Source of the DNA: Candidatus Sumerlaeota bacterium
GTDB taxonomy: Bacteria; Sumerlaeota; Sumerlaeia; Sumerlaeales; Sumerlaeaceae
DNA: 46,566 nt
Assembly (NCBI GenBank): GCA_017161655.1
Contig: JADFCV010000012.1
Coordinates: forward strand, 22,118-68,683
Reading direction: 5' to 3'
Shown piece after piece: positions 29,838-38,557 of this stretch. Positions within the stretch are counted from its first letter, which is position 1, and each line of letters opens with the position of its first letter. The notes under the pieces were generated by a model. It was not told the origin of the DNA. It ran no database searches and saw only the letters and a program-made list of their open reading frames with translations. The translations under genes and the position numbers were made by a program.

Positions 29838-29897
29838 GTTTATACAGATTGGGTGACTGTCGGGCAGCTGGTTATGACCGCGGGAGCGAGCCTAACT

Positions 29898-31992
29898 ATG
29901 GATAGACGTGTCATTTGGCGAAAAATAGCTCAATTCATCGGCAAGCTGAGCGGGCCAACGACCATGGCGATCGCTCTCGGCATCATTATCATTGGGGTAG
30001 GTTTTTGCGCTCGTTACGTAGCTACCTCGTGGGGACTTCCTTACGCGTACTTGTGGGACGAGCCGGAAATTGTGAATCCAGCCATTCGCGTCCTCCGCGA
30101 CGGGGTGTATCGTCCTACCCGGTTTGCCTATGGGCCTCTGAACGCTTACTTGCACGCCGGTTGGGGCGCATTGTCTGTTCTCAAAGCTGTGGAGGCAGGT
30201 GAGATTTTGTCAGTTTGGGACCTGAAGACGGACTGGGACACAGGGTGGCCCTGGACAATTTCGTCACCGCTTTTCCATCGGCAAGCCCGGATTTTTTCTG
30301 TTCTGATGTGGGCTGTTACTGCACTCGCCGTGTGGGGGGCATGCCGGCAGCTCGGTGTTCGAGTAGGAGTGCTTGCCGCATTGGGACTTGTGGCCTTTTC
30401 GAAAATGAATTTCGAGCAAACATCTGTCGTTACTGTCGGCGCGGTCGCGGCGATGTTCTCAGCCTTTAGTTACTTGGCTGCTCTAAGCGTGCTTGGTTGT
30501 GAGTCTGGACACGTACGGCCCCTCTGGTGGACAGCAATTGCAGCTGGTGCCGCAACCGCATCAAAACTCGTCTTTTTCCCCATGATGACCCTGCCACTTG
30601 TGTGTTACGTGGGAACAGTCGTAAAAAAGTCGGCAAGACTTTCGCTAGCTCATCTCGCGTTATGGGCTGTGGCACCATTGGTTGTTTTCGCAGTGCTCAT
30701 GCTCCCCGCGTTTTTCGACCCGCCTCGATTTCTGCATTCTCTGACCGTGGAACTTAGGTTTTACGGGGATCTAACTGCGCAACAAACTGTGCTCCAACAC
30801 CTCAAAAATGCCTTTCTTTGTGCGTTAGCAGCATCAGATCTGGTGGCAGTTGGGGTCCGAGAGGGGAGCTTTTTTGTGCGGAAGATCGAGTATGTTTATT
30901 TGCCCTATGTTGCCCTCGGTGCGCTTGGACTCATCGTGCTTTTCAGGCGGCATCGACTTGCAGCTGCGGCGCTCTTGATCCCTGCTCTTACGAACATGTG
31001 GCAGATCTCCGCCTATACTCAGGAGTTTTTTCCGCGGAATTTGCTTATCTCCCAATTGGCGCTAGCAGTGCTTGCAGCGTGTGGCACGCAGGCGGTTGTG
31101 GAGTGGCTGAAACGACGCTCACGATTCGCGGATATTCTGGCAGTAGGGGTTCTCTTGCTGTGCTTTGTTCCTCCTGGTGGGAAGATTTGGGAAATAGCAA
31201 TTGAGCGAGCAACCATGCTCGATTCTCGACTTTTGGCTCAGGAGAAAGTTGATGAACTTCGGGCGCATGGGCGCAAAGTGGCAGTCGCCTCTGAGCTGCA
31301 TTGGTTTGTCCCGGTGAAGCTATCTGCAGGGGGCCAGGTAATTCCACAGGTGAGCTTACCACGTCTCCTGCGACATCCGGAAGAAGCCAAAGAATTTGAT
31401 TTTGTTGTCATTCCTCTAGCGCTTGCTCTTCAAGACCGCCAATTTCACTCTTATAGTGATCCTCTGAATGCCTGGTCAACAGCGGTCAAATCGCTGAAAC
31501 CTACTCTGGTCTTTGGAGACAATGCGACCTATTATGACGCCTGCGCAACTAATCCCAAACTTGGAATTGTCCCCAGGGAAGCGTTTGGGGCACCGTTGCG
31601 CCGCGAGGCACCGAAAGTGTATGCAGCTGCTCTCAGCAAAAACAAGCAATGCGGCTTTCCTGACCCGGTCAGGAGTCGCGGTGAAAAACTATTTCTTAGG
31701 ATCCACAACCCTGCGCCTGACCAAGCCTGCAACAACGCTTGTTTTGAAGGCGCGGGATTTGAATCCTTTCGGACAGGAAGAGATTCCCACAGTTTCGGTG
31801 AAGGTGCTAGCGACAACGGAAACACAAAGCACCGTGCGGATTGCGGATGAAACCTTTGTCCTAGAGCGCAGCAGCTTAGCTGAATATACCCGACGGGTGA
31901 ATATTCCCCCTGGCGAGTACACTCTTCAGGTGAAGGCGAATAATCCGAACCGCCGGTTCATGACGGAAATTGCGTACATCGAGTTTCGCTGA
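29898..31992 (+). pseudogene. GT-C superfamily membrane glycosyltransferase, copy 2, frameshifted at about 31623
   Basis: Paralog of copy 1 (MDRRVIWRKIA..., WGLPYAYLWDEP). The frame changes after APKVY; the C-terminus continues in ORF 31513..31992 (QLLSAKTS...IAYIEFR). Confidence 0.75.
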
Positions 31993-32090
31993 AGGAGCGA
32001 GCGATCTTTGCCACTGAAGCTGTGACGTTTTCTCGTGACAAGGGCCGGCGTGAGCGCTTCATCGGAACAAAGACAGCGAGCAGTGACACC

Positions 32091-33116
32091 ATGGGTGTGA
32101 AGCCAGAGACGGACTTGCAGGAAAAAAAGAAGACCGATCTCAGCCGGCGGCGGTTCTTGTTACGCGTCGCGGAGACAGCTGCGCTGGCGCTGGGGGCGGG
32201 ATTTGCGTATTATTGGGCCTATGATCCGAAGGGTCCTCAGTCGTTGAGCCGGCGAGCGGCTGAATTAGAAAAGCTTGGCACGTGGAGTTTCCCCGATATG
32301 CCAGCCGCCATGGCTGTTGTTCGCGGAGAAAAGCGCCAGCAGGCGGTGGAGGCCGCACTGGAGGCGCTGGGGGGCGTTGGAAAGTTTATTAAGCGTGGCG
32401 ATCGCGTCCTGCTCAAGGTCAATGCGGCTTTTGCCACGCCGCCGGAGCTTGGCGCGACAACTCATCCCGAGTTAGTGGAAGCTCTTGTCAGTCTATGCCT
32501 GCGAGCTGGAGCGGCAGAAGTCTTTGTGGCCGACAACCCCATCAATAATGCCGAAAGCTGCATGCGCATTTCTGGCATTGGGGCGGCCGCGGAGCGTGCG
32601 GGTGCACGTGTGCTTTTGCCCCGCGCCGACGCTTTCCGCCCCTTCACCTTGCCCGATGCCCAGCTCATCCGCCGATGGCCCGTCTTCTTTGATCCCCTTG
32701 AAAGGGCGACAAAGGTGATTGGCGTTGCGCCTGTGAAACACCACAACCGAAGCGGCGCGTCGATGACGATGAAAAACTGGTATGGTTTACTCGGGGGGCG
32801 ACGAAATGTTTTTCATCAGGACATCAACACCATTGTGACCGAGCTCGCGCGCATGATTCGTCCGACCTTGGTGGTGCTCGATGGGACCTTTGTGATGATG
32901 CGCAATGGCCCCACAGGGGGATCGCTTTCGGACCTCGAGAAGCGCGATACACTCATCGTCAGCACAGACCAGCTTGCCGCGGACTCTTTCGGTGCCTCTT
33001 TACTCGGTAAGAGCGTCGATGACCTGCCCTATCTGCACATGGCCGAGCAGGCAGGGGTGGGGACGACGAATTATCGTGCGCTAGAGTTCCATGAGCTTGG
33101 GAGTCAGTCATCATGA
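32091..33116 (+). CDS. DUF362 domain protein with twin-arginine-like leader
   Basis: SRRRFL plus hydrophobic stretch; ALGG..KFIKRGDRVLLKVN, TTHPELV, VKHH, TMKNWYG, NGPTGG, STD.LAAD. Confidence 0.88.
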   Translation: MGVKPETDLQEKKKTDLSRRRFLLRVAETAALALGAGFAYYWAYDPKGPQSLSRRAAELEKLGTWSFPDMPAAMAVVRGEKRQQAVEAALEALGGVGKFIKRGDRVLLKVNAAFATPPELGATTHPELVEALVSLCLRAGAAEVFVADNPINNAESCMRISGIGAAAERAGARVLLPRADAFRPFTLPDAQLIRRWPVFFDPLERATKVIGVAPVKHHNRSGASMTMKNWYGLLGGRRNVFHQDINTIVTELARMIRPTLVVLDGTFVMMRNGPTGGSLSDLEKRDTLIVSTDQLAADSFGASLLGKSVDDLPYLHMAEQAGVGTTNYRALEFHELGSQSS

Positions 33117-34873
33117 GGATCGTCATTGTTCGCCGGATTTCCCAGGTCTTTTTCCTGGTTTTGCTCCTGTGGTTCTGCCTTGTTATGACGGTGGGCGAAG
33201 AGTGGTGGCAGCTTCGCGGCTGGCCGGTTGGGCTCTTGCTAGATCTCGATCCCCTGGTGGCGGTAGCGACCCTTTTGTCCACGAAGACATTGTATGCCGG
33301 ATTGGCGTGGTCGCTTGTTACGATTATCGTCACGCTGTTGTTTGGGCGCATTTTTTGTGGGTGGGTTTGCCCTTTTGGCACACTTCATCAGTTTTTTGGT
33401 TGGCTTGGCCAATTAGGTCGGGGCCATCGCGCAAGGGTTGAAGCAAACCGCTATCGCCGCGCGCAGGTGGTGAAGTACTTTATTCTTCTGGCCTTTCTAG
33501 GGATGGCTGCATGGCCGTTTAAGGGAGCGAGTGCGCTCCAGATTGGCCTTCTTGATCCCATCCCATTCGTCCACCGATCGGTAAATCTTGCGCTTTTGCC
33601 CAGCGTGGAGTTTCTCACGGGACGTTCGCTGGCGAGTGCGCAGCGTCATTACTCGGGCGCATGGCTTATCGGTCTGCTCTTCATCGGAACCCTGCTCGCA
33701 AATTTTTACATTCCCCGCTTCTACTGTCGCATTCTTTGTCCGCTCGGAGCGCTTCTGGGGCTCATCTCGCGTTTCTCTCTCTGGCGCATTGCCATGACAG
33801 CCCCCCGATGCACGTCGTGTTCTCTGTGTGAAACCGCATGTGAGGGGGCTTGCGACCCGGCGGATAAGATTCGCATCAGCGAGTGCTTGATGTGTTTCAA
33901 TTGCCTCGACGATGTGTGCAAAAAGAAGTTTCTGGCCTACCGTGTTCGTGAATCCGACGCCGGTGAAATTAAGCTTCCGCCCGATCTGGGACGGAGGGGA
34001 GTTCTTGCTTCGCTAGCGACGAGTGTCCTGGCTGTTCCTTTGCTCAGGCTTGAGGGCACCCTTGGCACCAATCGCAAGCCCAACCTCGTGCGTCCACCAG
34101 GCAGTCTTGCAGAGGAAGAATTTCTCGAACGTTGCATCAAGTGTGGCCAGTGCATGCGTGTGTGCCCCACGAATGTGCTCATGCCGGCGGGACTGGATGC
34201 CGGAGTGGAAGCTCTGTGGACTCCGGTGCTTAACTTTCGCATTGGAACGAGCGGTTGTCAGGTGAACTGCGTGGCGTGTGGCCACGTGTGCCCCACCGCC
34301 GCGATTCGGCCTCTTTCCATTGAGGAGAAACGTGGTGTAGGACGGTTTGCTGAGCGGGGGCCCATCCGCATAGGAACGGCTTTTGTTGATCACGGACGGT
34401 GCTTGCCCTGGGCGATGGACACACCTTGCATCGTCTGCGAGGAAAATTGCCCCACCGCACCTAAGGCGATCTACGTGCGGGAAGAGTATCGCCCGGTCCG
34501 CGGTGGAAACCTCGTTGTTCGCTCGATTGATGGCAAGAACCTCATTGTGAGCGGCGCGCGCTTGGCGCCTCGTGCGTATGCGACGGGCGATTATTTTGTG
34601 CAGCCTGCAGGTGGGGGCACGCGCTTGCGGATCATGGCAAACACGGTTGATGCGCTGACGGTCGATCGCCCTGTTCCCGCGGAGGCACTCTCCGAAGGAA
34701 CGCGCGTCACAATCGTTGTGCGGCTTCAGAAGCCGTATGTTGATCCGGACCTTTGCATAGGCTGTGGCATCTGCGAACACGAATGTCCAGTGAGCGGCCT
34801 TCGGGCGATCAGGGTCACGGCGGAAAACGAGTCGCGCAACTCCTCAAGTGCCTTGCGCTTATCGCAAATGTGA
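33113..34873 (+). CDS. Membrane polyferredoxin (NapH/MauN-like TM part fused to NapG/MauM-like 4Fe-4S domain)
   Basis: GRIFCGWVCPFG, RFYCRILCPLG, CTSCSLCETAC, CLMCFNC, RPPG..EEEFLERCIKCGQCMRVCP, CVACGHVCP, CIVCEENCP, CIGCGICEHECP; ATGA overlap with the DUF362 gene. Confidence 0.92.
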   Translation: MRIVIVRRISQVFFLVLLLWFCLVMTVGEEWWQLRGWPVGLLLDLDPLVAVATLLSTKTLYAGLAWSLVTIIVTLLFGRIFCGWVCPFGTLHQFFGWLGQLGRGHRARVEANRYRRAQVVKYFILLAFLGMAAWPFKGASALQIGLLDPIPFVHRSVNLALLPSVEFLTGRSLASAQRHYSGAWLIGLLFIGTLLANFYIPRFYCRILCPLGALLGLISRFSLWRIAMTAPRCTSCSLCETACEGACDPADKIRISECLMCFNCLDDVCKKKFLAYRVRESDAGEIKLPPDLGRRGVLASLATSVLAVPLLRLEGTLGTNRKPNLVRPPGSLAEEEFLERCIKCGQCMRVCPTNVLMPAGLDAGVEALWTPVLNFRIGTSGCQVNCVACGHVCPTAAIRPLSIEEKRGVGRFAERGPIRIGTAFVDHGRCLPWAMDTPCIVCEENCPTAPKAIYVREEYRPVRGGNLVVRSIDGKNLIVSGARLAPRAYATGDYFVQPAGGGTRLRIMANTVDALTVDRPVPAEALSEGTRVTIVVRLQKPYVDPDLCIGCGICEHECPVSGLRAIRVTAENESRNSSSALRLSQM

Positions 34874-35298
34874 GGTAGTTGCTGAGTTGCTTGAGAAAGA
34901 TCGAAGGGGGCAAAAAACTCGCAGAGATCACTCTGCCCCTCTGAGGTAAAGCTGCTTTAACTAATACAATCTAAAATATTAACGGCTGGGTGGCTAAAAT
35001 AGCAAGGTCAAAAGGTGCTTAATTATTAATTTGTTATTTTCCATTTCTTTTCAACTCGACCATTTTTGCACCTCTTGCGCCGCTCGTATTGAGCGATAAC
35101 GCACTTTTGCGTTTTTTAATTCTTTTAAGTGGTCTAGCATCACGAGCCCTCACGTTGCATCGAGTCCAGTCGGCTAGCTTCCGAGCGCAATCCGGTCGGG
35201 GGGTTACCGATTGACTTGGATTGTGCCGTTCTTTTCCCTTGTGCTTTGTCGGCGAGCTATCTTAAACAAACGTGATCATTGATAGGAGGATGAGAGCA

Positions 35299-36516
35299 AT
35301 GGCGGGACGTGTCGATCGGAGGCAGTTTCTTGCATCGCTTGCAGCGGTGACGGTCGCGGGCAGCAGTGTGATTGCGGCGGGTGAGCAAACTTCGACCCCT
35401 CAGGCTGCAGCTGCGCTGAAAGATATAAGAGTTCCTCGACGTCGCTATGGCCGTACGGGCGTGGATGTCTCTATTCTCTCTCTTGGCGGGATGTTCGATA
35501 TCCCTAACAATCAGTTGATGCTCAAGAAAGCTCTGGATTGGGGGGTCACCTACTGGGATACGGCCGACTGTTATGGAAATGGTCAGAGCGAGACGGGCAT
35601 TGGGATGTTCTTCGAGAAGATGCCCGAAGCGCGCAAGCAGGTTTTCCTCGTCACAAAGAGTGATCGTCGCGATCCCGCTGGCATGACGGAGCTTCTTCAT
35701 CGCTCGCTTGAGCGCATGAAGACTGATTGGATTGATCTCTACTTTCTGCACGGGGTGAGCTCGACTTCGGAAATTACGGATGAGGTCAAGGCGTGGGCCG
35801 AGAACGCAAAGGCTGAAAAGAAGATCCGGTTCTTTGGCTTCAGCACCCACAAGAACATGGAAGAGCTTCTTGAGTACGCCGCCAAGCTTGGCTGGATCGA
35901 CGGAATCATGCTGAAGTATGACTACCGCCTTATGCAAACCGATCGCATGCGCAAAGCCATCGACGCCTGTGCAAAAGCTGGCATTGGAATCACTGCGATG
36001 AAAACACAGGGGGGCGGCCCCGTGCGAACCGACACGGAAGAAGAGCTCAAACTTGCAGGGCATTTCCTGGCGAAGGGTTACACGCCTGGTCAGGCAAAGT
36101 TGAAAGCAGTTTGGCAGGACGAGCGCGTCGCAGCGATTTGCTCGCAGATGCCGAACCTTGTTATCCTCAAGGAAAACGTTCTGGCAGCAGTTGATAATAA
36201 TAAGTTAACAGCAGAGGATTGGAAAACATTGGAGCGTCATGCGGTGGCCACGGCGAGTTCGTATTGCCGAGGCTGTGGGCATTTGTGCGAATCGGCGCAA
36301 GGATGCGAAGGGCTGCCCATCGCAGATGTGATGCGCTACATGATGTACAAAACGAGTTACGGCGATTTGGCCCTGGCCAGCGGAAAGTTTCGAGAGCTGC
36401 CATCGGACATTCGACGGCGGCTTGCACACGGCGCGTTTGAAAATGCAGAAAAGGTCTGTCCGCAAGGACTGCCAATTAGCGAGATTGTTCAGCAGGCTTT
36501 GAAGTCACTGGCGTAA
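35299..36516 (+). CDS. Aldo/keto reductase with Tat-like leader and C-terminal Fe-S motif
   Basis: DRRQFL leader; RRYGRTG..VSILSLGG, YWDTADCY, LVTK, SLERMKTDWIDLYFLHG, GFSTH; C-terminal CRGCGHLC...CP. SD AGGAGG 9 nt before ATG 35299. Confidence 0.9.
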   Translation: MAGRVDRRQFLASLAAVTVAGSSVIAAGEQTSTPQAAAALKDIRVPRRRYGRTGVDVSILSLGGMFDIPNNQLMLKKALDWGVTYWDTADCYGNGQSETGIGMFFEKMPEARKQVFLVTKSDRRDPAGMTELLHRSLERMKTDWIDLYFLHGVSSTSEITDEVKAWAENAKAEKKIRFFGFSTHKNMEELLEYAAKLGWIDGIMLKYDYRLMQTDRMRKAIDACAKAGIGITAMKTQGGGPVRTDTEEELKLAGHFLAKGYTPGQAKLKAVWQDERVAAICSQMPNLVILKENVLAAVDNNKLTAEDWKTLERHAVATASSYCRGCGHLCESAQGCEGLPIADVMRYMMYKTSYGDLALASGKFRELPSDIRRRLAHGAFENAEKVCPQGLPISEIVQQALKSLA

Positions 36517-37239
36517 AATAGTACTCTCGCGCAGTTGAGTGTTCCGCGTGAAAAGCGCTAGGCTCCGCGCCCGCGTTGGCAATGATTTTGTTTTTTGTGC
36601 CAGCCGTCTCCTAAAAATTCACAATTGTGAAGGAAGTTGTGAATTTGCGTATCGCACTTTTTGTAGACGTGCTACCGTGGAGGTGCGTCACGGACATAGG
36701 GTAATTGCGGGGGCGATCGAAGTTCGGGGCGGAGGATTTCACAAGCCCTCCTGGTGTTTCCCATTCATCCCGAGCGCGATGAGTCCCGTTTGCACTTTGT
36801 GTCCGATGACGCAGATGTTGAAGAAAGGGGAATGCATGGGAGAAATGAGGAAGCTCGCGATCTCTGTTTTGCTGTGCTGGCTCGGGGAAGGTATGCACAC
36901 GGTAAGGTCGCTGAGCACGTAGCGCTCATCAACCATAGTGGGGACTCCCGACAATACCCAGGGTTGGTGTGTCGGCCGGGAGAAGGGGAATGCCCACCTG
37001 CCATCCATAAAGGAAAGGAGGTGACAGATCTCAAAAATCACCCAACACAATCTGGCAACGCCGCTTTGCAGCCTGGTTTGTTCCTCTGCACTGATGCTGA
37101 GGATAACTGAGCGGAAGTCCTCCTTCTTCGAGGAAGGGGAGCTGGTCAATGTGAAATGGACTGTTGGCTACGTCCCAACAGGCCGAATTAGGGGAGTTTG
37201 GGCTTTGGAGAGGTGCTCCATGAAGGAGGTCCGCTGAAC

Positions 37240-37309
37240 GCTGGGCCGGACCTGGTCCCGTTGTGGAGGAGGAGAGTAAAGGGGGACGCGGGACAGGTCC
37301 GGGCCCAGC
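37240..37309. repeat. Imperfect 21-bp inverted repeat (long GC-rich hairpin)
   Basis: GCTGGGCCGGACCTGGTCCCG (37240-37260) pairs with CGGGACAGGTCCGGGCCCAGC (37289-37309) around a purine-rich loop. Confidence 0.7.
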
Positions 37310-37373
37310 ACATGTTGCAAGCGATTGTGTCGCGTCAAATCCACCATAATACTTTTGAGGAGGGCATCAATCT

Positions 37374-38084
37374 ATGAGTAAAAACAAAACTCATCGCGAA
37401 TCTCAGAAGCCATTTCGTACCGTCTACCTGGACTTCACAACCGACGAGAGTGTGATTCCAACGATACCTCAGTTGGTTTTGAGAAAAACACATAAGCCCG
37501 TCTATGTTGTGACAAATCGGGCCGATGGAGGAATTGGAAGGTATCTGGAATTGCCCCCTAGCAATATTGCAAAAAGCAAAAAAGAGAAGGCAAAAGCTAG
37601 GCATAGCATCTTTGAGGAAGAGATGCCGCATCCATTCGAGTTCTTCCTTCGAATGCATGAAATCGAGGAGAGCGACGATGATCTACAAAGCCTCACTCGG
37701 TTTATGAAAAAGCTGAAGTCTCTGACCGGTCCTCAGTTTTCGGAGGTAGAGACCCTGTTTATTTTTCTTTGCTTTGGCGATGACTTCGCCTGTGAGCCGA
37801 AAGCGTTTCAGGTCATCCTGGAGGCTGTTATTAGAGCGCTTCGAGAATGGATGCCCCGATGTGCGTGGCTTTTTTTGAGCCATCAGGGCCAATTCTTGCG
37901 AGAAGTCGCAAATCAGATTGTGTGCAAAACAAACACACTTTATCAGCTTAGCGGTTTTCCTGCTGGTGGGGCATTATTGACGCTGAGTGAACGGGTTCTG
38001 CGGTCAGCGGCGAGAAACTGCTTTGGTTCCGCAAGACGTTTCCCATTCCGCCTCGTGGAGTTGGATGACGACGATGATGAGTAG
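37374..38084 (+). CDS. Hypothetical protein
   Basis: 236-aa ORF with a GAGGAGG SD upstream and a terminator-like hairpin downstream; no recognised motif. Confidence 0.65.
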   Translation: MSKNKTHRESQKPFRTVYLDFTTDESVIPTIPQLVLRKTHKPVYVVTNRADGGIGRYLELPPSNIAKSKKEKAKARHSIFEEEMPHPFEFFLRMHEIEESDDDLQSLTRFMKKLKSLTGPQFSEVETLFIFLCFGDDFACEPKAFQVILEAVIRALREWMPRCAWLFLSHQGQFLREVANQIVCKTNTLYQLSGFPAGGALLTLSERVLRSAARNCFGSARRFPFRLVELDDDDDE

Positions 38085-38118
38085 CAGTTGCTGAGGCGCC
38101 CCGAGTCATGAGGGCAGA

Positions 38119-38159
38119 GTGCGCTCCTCGCAGGGGGCGGGGAGCGCACCGCACTTTTT
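38119..38159 (+). terminator. Probable terminator between the hypothetical gene and the convergent tRNA
   Basis: Stem GTGCGCTCC/GGAGCGCAC followed by CGCACTTTTT. Confidence 0.5.
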
Positions 38160-38233
38160 GAATTGCTTGTATAAGAGAGAGGCAAAGCACGCTGTTTCTC
38201 AACGTCGTCGCGTCAAGAGGCGGAAAAGGAGAG

Positions 38234-38307
38234 TGGGCCCACTAGGATTCGAACCTAGGACCAACCGGTTATGAGCCGGCCGCTCTGACCAGCTGAGCTA
38301 TGGGCCC
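38234..38307 (-). tRNA. tRNA with CAU anticodon, most likely tRNA-Ile2 (lysidine type); CCA not encoded
   Basis: GGGCCCATAGCTCAGCTGGTCAGAGCGGCCGGCTCATAACCGGTTGGTCCTAGGTTCGAATCCTAGTGGGCCCA folds into a cloverleaf. It has a paired G1:C72 and no GGG/CCC anticodon stem (so not fMet), and resembles Ile2 tRNAs. Confidence 0.93.
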
Positions 38308-38557
38308 ACACGACGCATCTATTTCTACCACCTCCGCGCAAAGTGATTCCCAACCCAGGCTCACAACATGTCGTCCACTGCCCTTTCTCCCCAACCTCGC
38401 TTCCCATGGAATTGGAACTTTTTATCCCGGGCAATGTCGAAATCCTGCGGAGTTGGGATTGGGGCAAAAGCTGCTTGGTGCAACCGATTTTTTTCTGAGG
38501 AAGTTCGAGTTTTTCTCCGCGTGTGCGGTGAATTGAAATTGACCGATATCGACTATT

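Larger units (their letters stand above)
27241..32130 (+). repeat. Tandem duplication, unit about 2.43 kb (about 27241-29675 and 29676-32130)
   Basis: CGAACAGCAGCCTGGCATGTA at 27258 and 29693 (offset 2435); near-identical ends ...GAGTTTCGCTGAAGGAGCGAG.GATCTTTGCCACTGAAGCTGTGACG at about 29530 and 31983. Boundaries approximate. Confidence 0.92.

Noticed and set aside
34995-35020. TAAAATAGCAAGGTCAAAAGG resembles part of a tracrRNA
   Set aside because: Short match in AT-rich DNA with no cas9 or array in the window; chance is the likely explanation.
36539-37149. Several overlapping ORFs of 90-136 aa on both strands
   Set aside because: No recognisable motifs, mutually overlapping, and no consistent SD/start; not called as genes.
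37085-37200. GAGCGGAAGTCC resembles the RNase P RNA motif GAGGAAAGUCC
   Set aside because: Imperfect match, and the matching 3' conserved element (ACAGAA..CGGC) was not found at a suitable distance.
38234-38307. tRNA as an attachment site of a prophage or island, or as initiator tRNA-fMet
   Set aside because: No duplicated tRNA 3' end or integrase in the window; it lacks the C1:A72 mismatch and the three consecutive G:C anticodon-stem pairs of fMet.
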